Source: Mobula hypostoma
Lineage: Eukaryota
Reading direction: 5' to 3'
Assembly: GCF_963921235.1 (NCBI RefSeq)
Contig: NC_086108.1
Coordinates: 72,108,001-72,172,000, forward strand
Length of the DNA: 64,000 bases
A model generated the notes under the pieces. The model did no database searches and was not told the origin of the DNA. It worked only from the letters and a program-made list of their open reading frames with translations. The position numbers and the translations under genes were made by a program. Below are positions 23,546 through 35,377 of this stretch, one piece after another; position 1 is the stretch's first letter; each line of letters starts with the position of its first letter.

Positions 23546-25403
23546 TTATTGTGTTCTGCATTGGATAAAATAACAACATATCCACTTGCATAATATAACA
23601 ACATTTTTCTCACCCTTTTTTTTGATGTTCTGGATCTGAGTTAAAGTCTCTGCCAAATTAACAGGTTTTCTATACAGCTCAGTACCTGTTTCTCACTCAA
23701 TGAACTAAGATTGCCTTCAAATGCATGCAGTTTCTTTCTCACCATGCTATCCCACTGGATGCATCTGCCGCCCTGAATTAAACACACAAATGTAATAACA
23801 TACATTGGAAAATTAAAATAATTGAATCATATTAAATAAGGCAATATATCAGAAAATGTGCTCTAGATCAATACCTTGTTAGATTCTAGAGCATACGCAC
23901 AAATTATACATTTAGATTTTAGTCAGTAATCCATTAATTATAGAATGCAATTGCTGTTTTGAAGAGAACACTGTAAGATTATTAATCATTCTTTAAATGA
24001 AATCTATGATTTTCTGAGATGTATGGATAGTACTGTCAATATATTGTAAATGTCAGCAGTTCAATAATTGCACTGGAAGCAATAACTACTCTCCTTGCTC
24101 AACCTGAACTGAAAAGAATGAGTAATTTATTAATGCACATTTCCTTGTTGCCTAATGCAAGTCGTGGCACATCGCCTGGTTTTATCACTTTGCACTTTTT
24201 ACTTTGTCGTTCCACCTGCTACTTAATTCCATTCTAACAAGTACTTCCAAATTGTGGTTAGTTTCCCTCTTTCTGTAGACCGAACAATTGTTATCTATAA
24301 ATGAAAATTGACACTTGACAAAGAATTACATGCATTGAATATTGTTAACACGAAAATATCTTCATTAGCCATTCAAATGGGTCATTTTGTTTATGGCGTC
24401 TTTGTTTTAAGTCAAGAAGGTATATAATGTTTACATTAAAATATAGATTACTTGCTATCCCAACTTCCATATTGATGTATTATGATGCAAAATAAGTTGT
24501 CATAAACATCACTGATATTTGTACATTCAGTATGCTGTTTCTTAATAGTTCATCTTGAAACTTCAGAACTAGAAAGTTGTACAAAATACAGCTGTTTGTC
24601 CATTCCATAAAATGGCTTAATCCCAAATTAAACTGGAAAGAACATTGAGTGAAATGCTCAATTATTCCTTCTCAGCAGTTGGTTTTCCGCCAGTATATTT
24701 TTCAGAAGAAATGAAACTTCTCACAGCACCCCACATTTGACAATAATTTCAGAATGATGTGGAGATATTCAGAACAATAGGATATTGCATGTTAGTGATT
24801 GCAACTGTAAGAAAGTTATAACTGAATGCTAAATACTTTATAATTATTTGAATATTTTCACTTTCAAATTATATTAGATTGATACACGTTTTCTATTAGG
24901 TGGAAGAGTGGTAACTGGCAGCTGTAAAATGTATAATCTTGCCATCACATAGTGTTGCACATTCCCTCTATTCCAGGCAGCATCCTGGAAAGCCTCTTCT
25001 GCGGTCTCTCCAAAGCCTCAGCGTCCTTCCTACAATGGGGCAACCAAACTGTAGGCAATACTCCAGATGCGGCCTTAATTGAGTTTTATAAAGCTGCAAT
25101 ATAACTTACTGACTTTTGAACTCAATGCCTCAACTAGTTAAGACAAGTATGCCAGATGCCATCTTAACCACCCTATCAACCTATCTAGCCATTTTCAGGG
25201 AGTTATCAACGTAGACTCCATGATTCCTCTGCTCATCTTGCCCTTAACAGTGCACTGTCTATTTATATTTGTCCTACTAAGGTAATACTTTACATTTGGC
25301 CAGGTGAAACTCCATTTGCCATTTCTCCACCCATATCTGCAACTGATTTTATCCCTATGTGTTCTTTGCCGGTCTTCTATGCTATCTACAACACCACCAA
25401 CCT

Positions 25404-25711
25404 TTAATTTATTTATTTACTGAGATACAGCATGGAATAGGCTCTTCTGGCCCTTTGAGCCACGCCGCCCAGCAATCCCCCGATTTAATCCAAACCTACT
25501 CACCGGAACATTTACAATGGACAATTAACCTACCAACTGGAAAAGTCCAACTGGAACATCTTTGTATTTTGGGAGGAAACTGGAGCACCCGGAGGAAATC
25601 TGGCCAGTCACAGGGGTAATGTACAAAGTCCTTCCAGGCAGCAGCAGGACTCGAACCTGGGTCATCTGTACTGTAAAGCATCATGTTAATCACTACGCTA
25701 CTGTGCCGCCT
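25404..25711 (-). mobile_element. tRNA-derived V-domain SINE (HE1-like)
   Basis: Minus strand starts ggcggcacagtagcgtagtg with a B-box-like ggttcgagtcc, contains the V-domain ttcctccgggtgctccagtttcctccca, and ends in an (aaat)n tail. Confidence 0.8.
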
Positions 25712-26418
25712 TATACTAAACCTACTGATCTACCCATCTACATTTCCATCCAAGTCATTTATATACATCACAAACAACAGAAGTCCTGGTACAGATCCCT
25801 GTGGAACACAGCCCTCCAGCTGGAATAAGCCCCTTCGACCTCTACCCCCTGTCTTCAATGGGCAAGCCAGTTCTGAATCCAAACGGCCAATTCACCATGG
25901 ATTCCATCCATCTTAATCCTCTGGATGAACCTCCCATGATGGACCTTGTCAAATGCTTTAATAAAATCCATGTAGACATCCACCGCTCTACCTTCGTCAA
26001 TCACCCTCGTTATCTCATTTCCAAATAAATAAATAAAATCTCAATAAAGTTAGTAAGACACCACTTGACATGCACAAAGCCATGCTGTCTCTCCCTAGTT
26101 AGGCCATGGTTTTCCAAATGCTCATAATGCCCTACGAATTCTCTCCAATAACTTCCCTACCACTGACGTGAGACTTACTGGTCTATAGTTTTCAGGATTA
26201 TCCCTGGTTCTCTTCTTGAATAATAGAACATAAGCTACTTGCCAGTCCTCCGCAAACTCACCTGTGGCTAGAGTAGACACTTAGGTATTGATCAATCTCC
26301 TCTTTTGCCTCTGTCAATGACCTGGAGTATATCCCATCAGGCCCTGGGGACTTATCCCCCTTATGGCTCTTTAAGAGACCCAATGCTGCCTCCTCCTTTA
26401 CCTTGAAATATGCTGGCA

Positions 26419-26498
26419 CAAGGGATCCCAACCTTTCTAATGCCATGGACCAATGCCATTAAGCAAGGGATCTGTGCACCCCAAGTTGGGCAGCCCTG
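26419..26498. mobile_element. ~80-bp hAT MITE, copy 2 (nested in CR1)
   Basis: caagggatcccaacc...gttgggcagccctg; flanks tgctggca/tgctagca. Confidence 0.7.
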
Positions 26499-26784
26499 CT
26501 AGCATGTCAATCTTCCTCTCCTCCAAGTCCATCTCCTTGTAAATACTGATGTAAAGTACTTAATTAGGGCCTCAACCTACATACTCTGCATCCAAGCCAA
26601 TGATCCACCAGCCTTCCCTTATCCTTAAGTTGTCCTACCCTCTCCCTAGTTATACTCTTGCTCCTGATCTAGGTACAGAATGCTTGGGATTCTCTTTAAT
26701 CCTACTTGCCAAGGGCTTTGCATGTCCCCTTCTGGCTTTCTTAATTCCCTCCTTGATTTCTTCTCTGGCTTCTCTGTTTGATTC

Positions 26785-27862
26785 CAGATGATGCCTATAC
26801 ATTGAGACATTAAGCTAAGTTTCCATCTATCCTGACAAGTTCTCTCTGGCCAGTATTAATCCCTTCCTCAATATCACTTAAATAGATTTGAATTGAATTG
26901 AATTGAACTGACATTATTACTTACATCCTTCACATACACGAGGAGTAAAAATCTTTACGTTACATCTCCATCTAAATGTGCAATGTGCAATTTATAGTAA
27001 TTTGTAATAAATAGTATGTACCACAGGACAGTCAATATAGCATAGAAATACAATTGTATCAGCGTGAATTAATCAGTCTGATAGCCTGGTGCAAGAAGCC
27101 GTCCTGGAGCCTGTTGGTCCTGGCTTTTATGCTGAGGTACCATTTCTCGGATGGTAGCAGCTGGAACAGTTTGTGTTTGGGGTGATTTAGGTCCCCAATG
27201 ATCCATCCTTCAGGCCCTTTTTACACACCTGTCTCTGTAAACGTCCTGAATAGAGGGAAGTTCACATCTACAGAGGTGCTGGACTGTCCACACCACTCTC
27301 TGCCGAGTCCTGCGATTGAGGGAAGTACAGTTCCCATATCAGGCAGTGATGCAGCCAGTCAGGATGTCTCAATTGTGCTCCTGTAGAAAGTCCTTAGGAT
27401 TTGGGAACCCATACCTAACTGTCTGAGGTGAAGGAGGCGCTGTTGTGCTTTTCTCATCACATAGCTAGTATGTACAGACCACGTGAGATCCTTGTTGATG
27501 TGTATGCCGAGGAATTTAAAGTTGTTCACCCTCTCAACCCCAGATCCATAGATGTCAATAGGTGTTTGCATGACTTTTTTCCTCCTGTAGTCACAACCAA
27601 CTCGTTTGTTTTTGCGACATTGAGGGAGAGGTTGTTTTCTTGACACCACTGTGTCAGGGTGATGACTTCACTGTAGGTTGCCTTGTTATTATTTGAGATT
27701 AGGCCAATCTAATCATTGCCATTTTGCTCTTCATACGACTGTACTGTTTGATTCCCATATTACAACACTTATTTTGCATCATTATGTTGTTCATTTGCTG
27801 AAAGGTGTTTTTGATAGTCCTAAAGATGTGAAAAGTGCCATACAAATACAGTCTTTCCTTAT
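26785..27862 (+). mobile_element. Ancient Deu-domain SINE (SacSINE1-like) split by a Rex1 fragment
   Basis: gagacattaagc...ctggccagtattaatcccttcctcaatatcacttaaatagatt, then after 27705 ...gttcatttgctgaaaggtgttttgatagtcctaaagatgtgaaaagtgccatacaaatacagtctttcc. This resembles my recollection of the shark Deu-SINE body and L2-like tail. Confidence 0.55.
26889..27705 (-). mobile_element. Rex1/Babar-type LINE 3' fragment
   Basis: Minus ORF VERVNNFKFLGIHINKDLTWSVHTSYVMRKAQQRLLHLRQL...LRTFYRSTIE; (ATTCA)n tail at about 26889-26908. Confidence 0.88.
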
Positions 27863-28094
27863 TGAAATAGATCGAGTAACTACTTATTTACCTCATTCCT
27901 TTATTAAAAAGGCTGTCTGGTACAGTCTTATTTTCCATCTTCCAGCTGAACTTTGCACATATAATCATTTTCAAATCTTTGCAATCTGATGCTTCATTGG
28001 TCTCTAGTGCTGTAGAGTGTCAGTTCTATAATTCACTTCCCAGTTCTGACACCCCTATATGGCCGCACTATTTCCTTTCTCTATAATTCTCCAA

Positions 28095-28402
28095 GTTATT
28101 TAAGCTCGTCTATTTTTGACTTCTTGATCATCTCTTAATTTAATCTCTCCACTAATGGTTGCCACGAATTCAGCTGCTAAGACCCTAAGCACAGGAATTC
28201 CACCCCCCTCCAAACCTATCCATCCCTCTCCTATTTTAAGACATGTCTTTAAACCTATCCTTTTGACTAGTCTCTTGTTTATCTGTCCTAAGCTCATATT
28301 TCTTAATATATTAGTGCAAATATTGACAGACTAACACTCGCATGAAGTGCTTTAGGTTGAGTTACAAAATTACAGATCCTAATTAAGTTCAAATTTTTGT
28401 TA
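28095..28402 (+). mobile_element. Ancient L2 LINE 3' end
   Basis: Degenerate GCHEFSC*DPKHRNSTP...FKTCL*TYPF, resembling GGRAFS..GP.LWNSLP...FKT.LKTYLF, followed by a gtgaagtgcttt-type tail. Confidence 0.55.
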
Positions 28403-28497
28403 AATTTACCTTGATTTTTACTATCAGTGATAGCTTTCATTGCTGCAGGTTACTGGAAAGTAACGTAAATGTCAACAGATACTATTTCAGCATTATG

Positions 28498-29095
28498 AGG
28501 CCCTCCGTTTGTCGGGGTCGGGGTCGACCATGAATATTGCATCCTAACTGTCCACATGATACACAAGTCAGGGCAGTACGATCTGGAGAGCAAGCTGTTG
28601 CCCGCATAGCAGGCTCTCTCTCTCCATGTAGCTGATGAATCCAAAGAGAATGCAGAGAACAATACAGTTTGGCACCAGTGGCATCACAGGAGTTGCCAGC
28701 TGGTGTTCAGCTCAACGTAGGACTGCCTTAGGAATTCCATCTCCAGATTTCTCCTCACAGTTTATTCCCAAAGCCTTCCCCCTGAGTGGGTATAGCTGTG
28801 AGGCAGCAGAGGTTTGAGATCAGAGTTTTCCTTTTAGATGAACTGCCAACCACGGCCGATGAGCCCCATCTGCATGAACTGACACGTTTTAAGGCACCAG
28901 TAACTCATCTTTGCCTCTTCCCCTGTTAGTATTTGCAGTTCCACCTGTCTTAGTAACTAGCTACTCCTGAAGGCCAGAAGCTGGACTTGGTTGTCAGAGG
29001 TTATTTGAGACCGATGCTTTTGGGAGCATTTAATAGGCAGTGGGAACTTATCCCCACTAACACCCCTGGCTCTAACAACCTTAAGCAGCCTTCCC
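28498..29095 (-). mobile_element. ~600-bp non-autonomous RTE-related retroelement with a perfect 11-bp TSD
   Basis: TCAGCATTATG at 28487-28497 and 29096-29106. The minus strand has cagatggggctcatc...ggcagttcatct..aaggaaaactctgatctcaaacctctgctgcc, which I recognise as resembling RTE-clade 5' regions. No long ORF. Confidence 0.7.
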
Positions 29096-30114
29096 TCAGC
29101 ATTATGCAATCAGTAATAGTATACAGTGATTCACCCTGTATTTTGTTGCCCTGATGTAGACATTAAGTTTCACTTTTTGATTGATAGCAAGATCCTGCCG
29201 CACAACAGGTCCTGTAAACTTTGATCTTAACCCAAATAGGTTGCAAATAGTGCATTTATAGATTGAACTTTCTCCAACCTTTTGACGGTATTTTTATTAT
29301 ATTTTGAACAGTGTCCTTTTTGCTACTAAATTCAGACAATTTAATGCCATGTCTAGCCAAGGGCATGCAGACACCTGTTGTGTAAAATTTTTCACTCATG
29401 GTATGCCAAGCAGACACCCTGTAATTTGCACTTCTTGATGAAGAACGTAGACCTCTGGATGTAAAATATTGACAAGCACTATCAAACGCAGCTTCTTCTT
29501 TCAGATTAGTTGTTTAAAGGTTCAAATGAATTGAAATATTTTCATTTCAAGTTGCAATTTACTTCCAAAATTCTAGTTGTGGAAATATTAATCCACAATT
29601 TCCTCAAAGATCATAACCTTCAGTTTATATTAAAATGGCAGAGAAACACACCAGTGCATGCTGAAATATTAAAAACTTGTGTAAAATGAGCAGGAATTTG
29701 TGTAAGCAAAACCAAGGAACCTACAGCATGTATAAAAATAACCGATCAGAAGTCATGAAAATATGCTTATACAAGATATTGTCTAAATAAAGGGCAGCCA
29801 TTGTGAAAGGTTTAAATTTTTTGATGTTTCCTTTAAAAATAATTCAAATACTTTGTTCATCACCAAGGAATCTAATTGGGTTTTGTTTATACATCCCTGA
29901 AAAAACAAAAGCTGTTATTTCACTACAATGTTTGAAGGCTCTTTAAAATTGTGGTTTGCAAAAACAAAATGACAACCAAAAATCCATTAACAGAACATTT
30001 TATATTAAAGGCAGCAAATACAACCAGCCACAGAGTCCAATACAAAAGTGATATCATGTGATACATTTGGTCTGCAGTTGAGGACGCAGCAAGAATACTA
30101 ATGGTTGAATCGAG

Positions 30115-30570
30115 GAAGGAAAAAAGCCAATTGCTGAGGAACCCAGCCAGTCAGGCTGTATCTGTGGAGGTAAAGGGATAGATATTTTCGCTCTGGTTTT
30201 GATTCTGCATTAGGATTGAGAGTGTAGGGTAGACGAAGGATAGCAGTACAAAGAGATGAAAGGGAGAGTGAGACGGGGGCTGGTAGGTGTTAGGTCAAAC
30301 CAGGTGAGGTGCGATGCTGGGCAGATGAAGCAGGGTGTGGGAGAGCGAGATGACAGAAACAGGCTGATGATGAATTATAGGTTGAAATGTGAACAATGGA
30401 AATAAAAATCAATAGGCTTATTGAAGGGGAAGTGGAACCATATAAGGAAGGGGGTAATGGGCAGATGAAATCTGATGGAGGGTGTGCAGGGAGGTTAGGC
30501 CAAAGAAGAAGAAACACAGTTGTGTGAGTGATGGGCAAATGAAACTGGGAAAGGAAAACAAAGGAAAAAG
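30115..30570 (-). mobile_element. Old Penelope-like terminal repeat and 3' UTR
   Basis: ttgctgaggaacccagccagtcaggctgtatctgtggagg followed by a purine-rich tract, as at 56790-57055. Confidence 0.55.
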
Positions 30571-30683
30571 GATCCTACTCTTAAATTTTATTGATGTAGT
30601 ACTTACATAGAAAAATGTTCAGAAATTCATCCGGAATCATCAGAGATCATCTGAGCTGCACTGTGCTCAGAGGTGGTTCCTAT

Positions 30684-31551
30684 GGTAAAGGTGGTGCTGA
30701 GCGATGGTCTCCATCAAGGTCATGGGTCTTAGTTGTTTTTTATGTTCTTATCGATGGTTGTCAGGACAGAGCGGGGAGTTAGGGGTCAGGTTGGGATTTA
30801 GGGACGGTGGTGTGAGGTCAGATTAGGATTTAGGGACAGGGACATGAAGGAGTTAAGGGTCAGGCCAGTGTTTAGGCTTCTGCATTTGTAGGTCAGAGTC
30901 ATGGATGTGTAATGAAGAAATCGCATCCAGGCCTCCACTCTGCTTTCAAAGGCCAGTGCTGATAATGTAGGGTCAAGGACATCTGCAGTTTAGGCCTCCA
31001 CCTGCACTTAGGCCTGTATGGATGTTGAAGGACATCCAGAATCTTGGCCTACTCTCTGTGTTCAAAGGCCAGTGACAAGGATAGGTGATGAAGGGCGTCC
31101 GTAGATGTCGGGCTGTTCCAGGTTGGTGGGACCCCGGATCAGGGAATCAGTGAACCCGGTGTTCGAGGCCTGGAGTTTGGTGTCCCATCATTAGCTAGTC
31201 CAGGGGTCAATACTGAAAAATGAAGCCTGAAATTCAATTGGGAGTCCAGAAGTTGAAACCTGATGGCCAAAGCCGGGAGACTGGAGGCCCAGAGGCCTTT
31301 CCTGGGGTTGAGGACTGTCCATGAGGGAGTGAGGAAAGGGGCTCGTTTTGCTGTTGTTGATTGCTTATTCTGTGTTGTTCTGCTGAGCATTGTGGATATG
31401 TCTGTTGGCAACAGAATGTTTGGCGATATCGACGGGTTGCCCTCAGCACAGAGTTGGGGTTTGTTGATTGTTGATGCAAATGATGCATTTCACTACATTT
31501 CACTACATTTCAATTGTACATGTAATTAAATAAATGAATCTGAATCTGAAT
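30684..31551 (+). mobile_element. Non-autonomous retroelement with an (ATCTGA)n tail
   Basis: Starts ggtaaaggtggtgctgagc and ends tgtacatgtaattaaataaatgaatctgaatctgaa. It has internal short degenerate repeats (ttagggg.cagg; ggcc.cactct..g.ttcaaaggccagtg) and no ORF. Confidence 0.6.
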
Positions 31552-31789
31552 TGTAGGAATAAGCTTGCATCCATTCAGAACTGGCGTTAATACAATATTA
31601 CTACATTTCTTGTGTGGAGGGATGGATAATTTTGAAAGATTGGCAGGCATTTTGGCAGAATTCTCACTGAGTACATGACGATGGGAAAAATATTGGCTTA
31701 AAATCAAAATGACTGAATATCACTAATTCCAGATTGTTCTCCATCTGCTTTATCAGATAATGATTATTATCCAAAACCAGCCAAATTTG

Positions 31790-31940
31790 ACCATAAGACC
31801 GTAAGATATAAGAGCAGATATAGGCCATTTGGACCATCAAGTCTGTTCCGCCATTTCATCATGGCTGATCGATTTTCCCTCTCAGCTCCAATCTCCTGCC
31901 TTCTCCCTGTATCCCTTCATGCCCAGGCTAGTCAAGAAAT
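31790..31940 (-). mobile_element. CR1 3' UTR fragment
   Basis: gaccataagaccgtaagatataagagcagatataggccatt...catggctgatc is the reverse complement of a CR1 3' end with a short tandem tail. Confidence 0.7.
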
Positions 31941-32046
31941 ACGCATTGATAATCTGTCAATAATTTATACTTGATGTGGCTCATGCATTTAATAGTTACA
32001 GACTATAATTTAGAGGAGCAGTTAGTAAGTGAGACTGAGAGTGTTC

Positions 32047-32295
32047 ATTTTATTTATTTTATTTGAAGATGCACAGTAAGGGGCTCTTTTGGCTCACTGA
32101 GTCCATGATGTCCGTTTACGCTAATGTGTCTGAAGAGTCCTACTAAACCATACACCTTTGGAATGTAGGAGGAAACCAGAGCACTTGGAAGAAATCCACA
32201 TGGGGTCACGGGGAGAATGTACAAACAGTGGCGGGATTGAACCCGGGTCACTGGTGCTGTAATGGTGTTATGCTAACTGTTATACTACAATGCCA
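32047..32295 (-). mobile_element. V-domain SINE
   Basis: ggaggaaaccagagcacttggaagaaatccacatggggtcacggggagaatgtacaaac...ttgaacccgggtcactgg; (ttta)n at the left end. Confidence 0.75.
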
Positions 32296-32984
32296 TATTT
32301 AGATGAACTAATTACTTGGTTAGTTAATTGATCAATTATTATAGTAATAGGGGCCTTACACATTGGAGAAACTCATGCCTATGAAATGAAATATTTCAAA
32401 ATATCCTTTCAGTGACCAAAGTAACAGGTAAATGATTGATGCAATGTTTTAATTGCATATGTATTCAAGAGCCATGCAATCCATGAGTAACCTGGGAGAA
32501 TTATGGGATTGATATTGAGTGTGCATTCAACTCTGTTTACGTGTAAATTTGTTATTTTAATTTCACATTGTTTACAAAATCAAATTATCATAAACCCAGA
32601 TTCCAATAAAATCCATGAATTTGTTTACTTATTTATTTTGTAACTTATCCGGTAATTCAAATATGAATTTTAATTGCACCTCACAAAATATGTTGCTTTC
32701 TGTAAATTTGGGATTGAAAATTTGACTCCAGAAAAAGTTGAAGAGAGAGAGGGTAACTTGGCACTAGGGCTTCTTAACTATGTGTTGTTATCTAAGGGAA
32801 AATTTATTCACCAAGTGATGGGAAATCTGGCAAAATGAAGGAGGTGATAGCACAGGATTTAACATCTCTCTCACCAGCTTCTCCCTGGAGAGGATATGAT
32901 CATAGGGGAAAAAGAAAGAAGAACGGATTCTCTATTAGTTATCAATGGGATCTTTCTCGCAGTGGAAAAGTATCCATGCCTAAA

Positions 32985-34365
32985 CCAAGTTCAAAGTAAT
33001 ATTTATTATCAGAGTACATACAACCTCGAGCTGCTTTTTTCCTGCGGGAATGCTTAGCAAATTCATAGAACAGTATCTGTAAACAGGATCAATGAACAAC
33101 TAACTGTGCAAATCCAAATATAAATAAATAGCAAGAAATAACGAGAGCATAAAACAACAAGATAAAGAGTCCTTAAAGTGAGTCCATCGGTTGTGGGTTC
33201 ATCAGAAGCCGAATGAGTGTGGTTATCCCCCTTTGATCGAGAGCTTGATGGTTCAGGGGTAGTAACTGTTCTTGAACCTGGTGGTGTGAGTCCTGAGGCT
33301 CCTGTACCTTCTACCTGATGGCAGCAGTGAGAGAAGAGCGTGGCCTAGGTGGTGAGGATCTTTGATGGTGAATGCTTTTCTAGGGCAATGTTTCATGTAG
33401 ATGTGCTCAATGGTTGGGAAGGCTTTACCCGTGATATGCTGGGTTGAATCCACTATTTTTTGCAGATTTTCCACTCTCATACCAGGCCATAATGCAGCCA
33501 GTCAGTACACTTTCCACCACACATCTACAGAAACTTGCCAAGGTCTTTGATAACATGCCGAATCTCTGCAGACTCCTGGGTAAGTAGAGGGGCTCTTGTG
33601 CATTCTTTACAATTATTTTTATATGATGGATCCAGGGCAGATCTTCTAAGAAAATGACATGCGGGAGTTTAAGGGTACTGACCCTCCAAGTGAGAACTGC
33701 CTCATGAATCTCTGGTTTCCCTCTCCTGAAGCCTACAGTCAGTTACTTGGTCTTATTGACATCAAGTGAGAGGTTGTTGTTATGACACCGCACAGCCAAA
33801 TTTTCAGTCACCCTTCTGTATTCTGATTCATCATCGCCTTTGATACAGCCCACAGCAGTGGTGTCATCAGCAAACTTGTATATGGTGTTGGAGCTGTAGT
33901 TAGCCACACAGTCATAGGTGTAAAGTGAGTAGAGCCGGGGCTAAGTACACATTCCTGTGGTGCGCCTGTGCTGATGGAGATTGTGGAGGAGCTGTTTTTG
34001 TCAATCTGAACTGATTGGGGCCTTCAGGATCCAACTGCATAAGGGAGTATTGAGGCCCACATCTTGGAGTTTACTAATTAGTTTTGAGGGGATAATAGTA
34101 TTAAATACTGAGCTGTAATTGATAACGAGCACCCCGATGTACGCATCTTGGCTGACCAGACATTCCAGAGTTGCGTGAAGAGCCAGTGAGATGGCATCGG
34201 CTGTGGACCCGTTGCTTCGGTAGGCAAATTGGAGCACCCAAGTCGCCAATCAGGCAGGAGCTGATCTGCTTCAACATCAGCCTCTCAAAACATTTCACCA
34301 CCATGGATGTAAGTGCCACTGGGCGATAGTCATTTAGACAGATCACCATGTTCTTTTTCAACATG
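32985..34365 (-). mobile_element. Rex1/Babar-type LINE, 5'-truncated RT and 3' UTR
   Basis: CLNDYRPVALTSMVVKCFERL; QFAYRSNGSTADAISLALH...SSVFNTIIPSKL; KFADDTT at about 33860-33880; KDPHHLGHALLSLLPSGRRYRSLRTHTTRFKNSYYP. Confidence 0.92.
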
Positions 34366-34446
34366 ATCAATTGTTGAATTAGCTATGCTGAATAGTATTA
34401 TAGCATTTAACTAACCTTGACTATCTTACTTTGTTGCAGTAAGTTA

Positions 34447-35115
34447 TAGAACATAGACCTTAGAACAGAACAGCACAGGAACAGGCCCTTTAGCCCATGA
34501 TGATGTGCTGGACTAATTAAGCTAATGATGACAAATAACACAAATGCCTTCTACCTGCACTTGATCCATACCTCTCCAAGCACTGTATGTTCATGTACCA
34601 ATCAAAGAGCTTCTTAAATGCCTTTATGGATTATGCCTGCACTATCATCCCTGACAACACATTCCGGGTACTCACCATTCTCTGTGTAAAAATATCTTTC
34701 CTCAAACATCTCCTTTGAAATTCTCTCCCTCAGCTTAAATGCATGCCCTATAGCATTAGAAATTTCGACCTGGGACAAAGAACTGGGTGTCCTTTCATTC
34801 AATGCCTCATACTTTTATAAACTTTCTATCTAGTCTCTCCTCAGCCTCCATCACTCCTAGTTTGTCTCACCTCTCATTTAATCTAGGTAGCATCCTGGTA
34901 AACCTTCCTTGCGCTCTCTTCATCATATTGGATTAAACAGAACTGAATGCAATACTTCTTAAGTCAGAGTTTTCCAAACTTAACCAGAGTTTTATAAAGT
35001 TACAACATAACTTCATGACTTTTGAACTCAACTATTACAAGCAAGAATGCCATGTGTCTGCTTTAACACCCGATCAGCTAGTGCTGCCACTTTAACGGAG
35101 CTATGGACTTGAATT
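34447..35115 (-). mobile_element. CR1 3' fragment, degraded
   Basis: Tail tagaacatagaccttagaacagaacagcacaggaacaggccc; minus ORF NAIGHAFKLRERISKEMFEERYF. Confidence 0.8.
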
Positions 35116-35298
35116 CCAGATTGGAGATGATCAACTTTTGAGTCTTGGTTTAGTAACCTGACCATGTTCAAAGTAAAATGCAGGCTCAAACAAGGGGAAG
35201 AGGTGGTGTTCTTGCAGCAAACAGTGATGACTGTTTACAACTCATAATTTGGTGGATGAGACAAGCTTCATGCAAGATCAACAAACATTGCTTTAGAA

Positions 35299-35377
35299 CA
35301 GGGGCTCACAACCCTTTTTATGCCATGGGTCCCTACTATACACCGAGAGTTCCATGACCTCAGGTTGGAAACCCCTG
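35299..35377. mobile_element. ~80-bp hAT MITE, copy 3
   Basis: caggggctcacaacc...ggttggaaacccctg; 8-bp flanks ctttagaa/cactagag. Confidence 0.75.

Larger units (their letters stand above)
24960..26780 (-). mobile_element. CR1 LINE RT region, degraded; hosts a V-SINE and a hAT MITE
   Basis: DKSPGPDGIYSR (26258-26446 minus ORF); reverse-strand DF.KAFDKVHH and VPGLLLFVMYINDLD regions at about 25750-25980. Confidence 0.85.

Noticed and set aside
25640..25711. tRNA gene
   Set aside because: It is the tRNA-derived head of a SINE: no complete cloverleaf, and it continues into the V-domain.
28633..28660. ctgatga as another hammerhead core
   Set aside because: No correctly spaced GAAA box or supporting stems.
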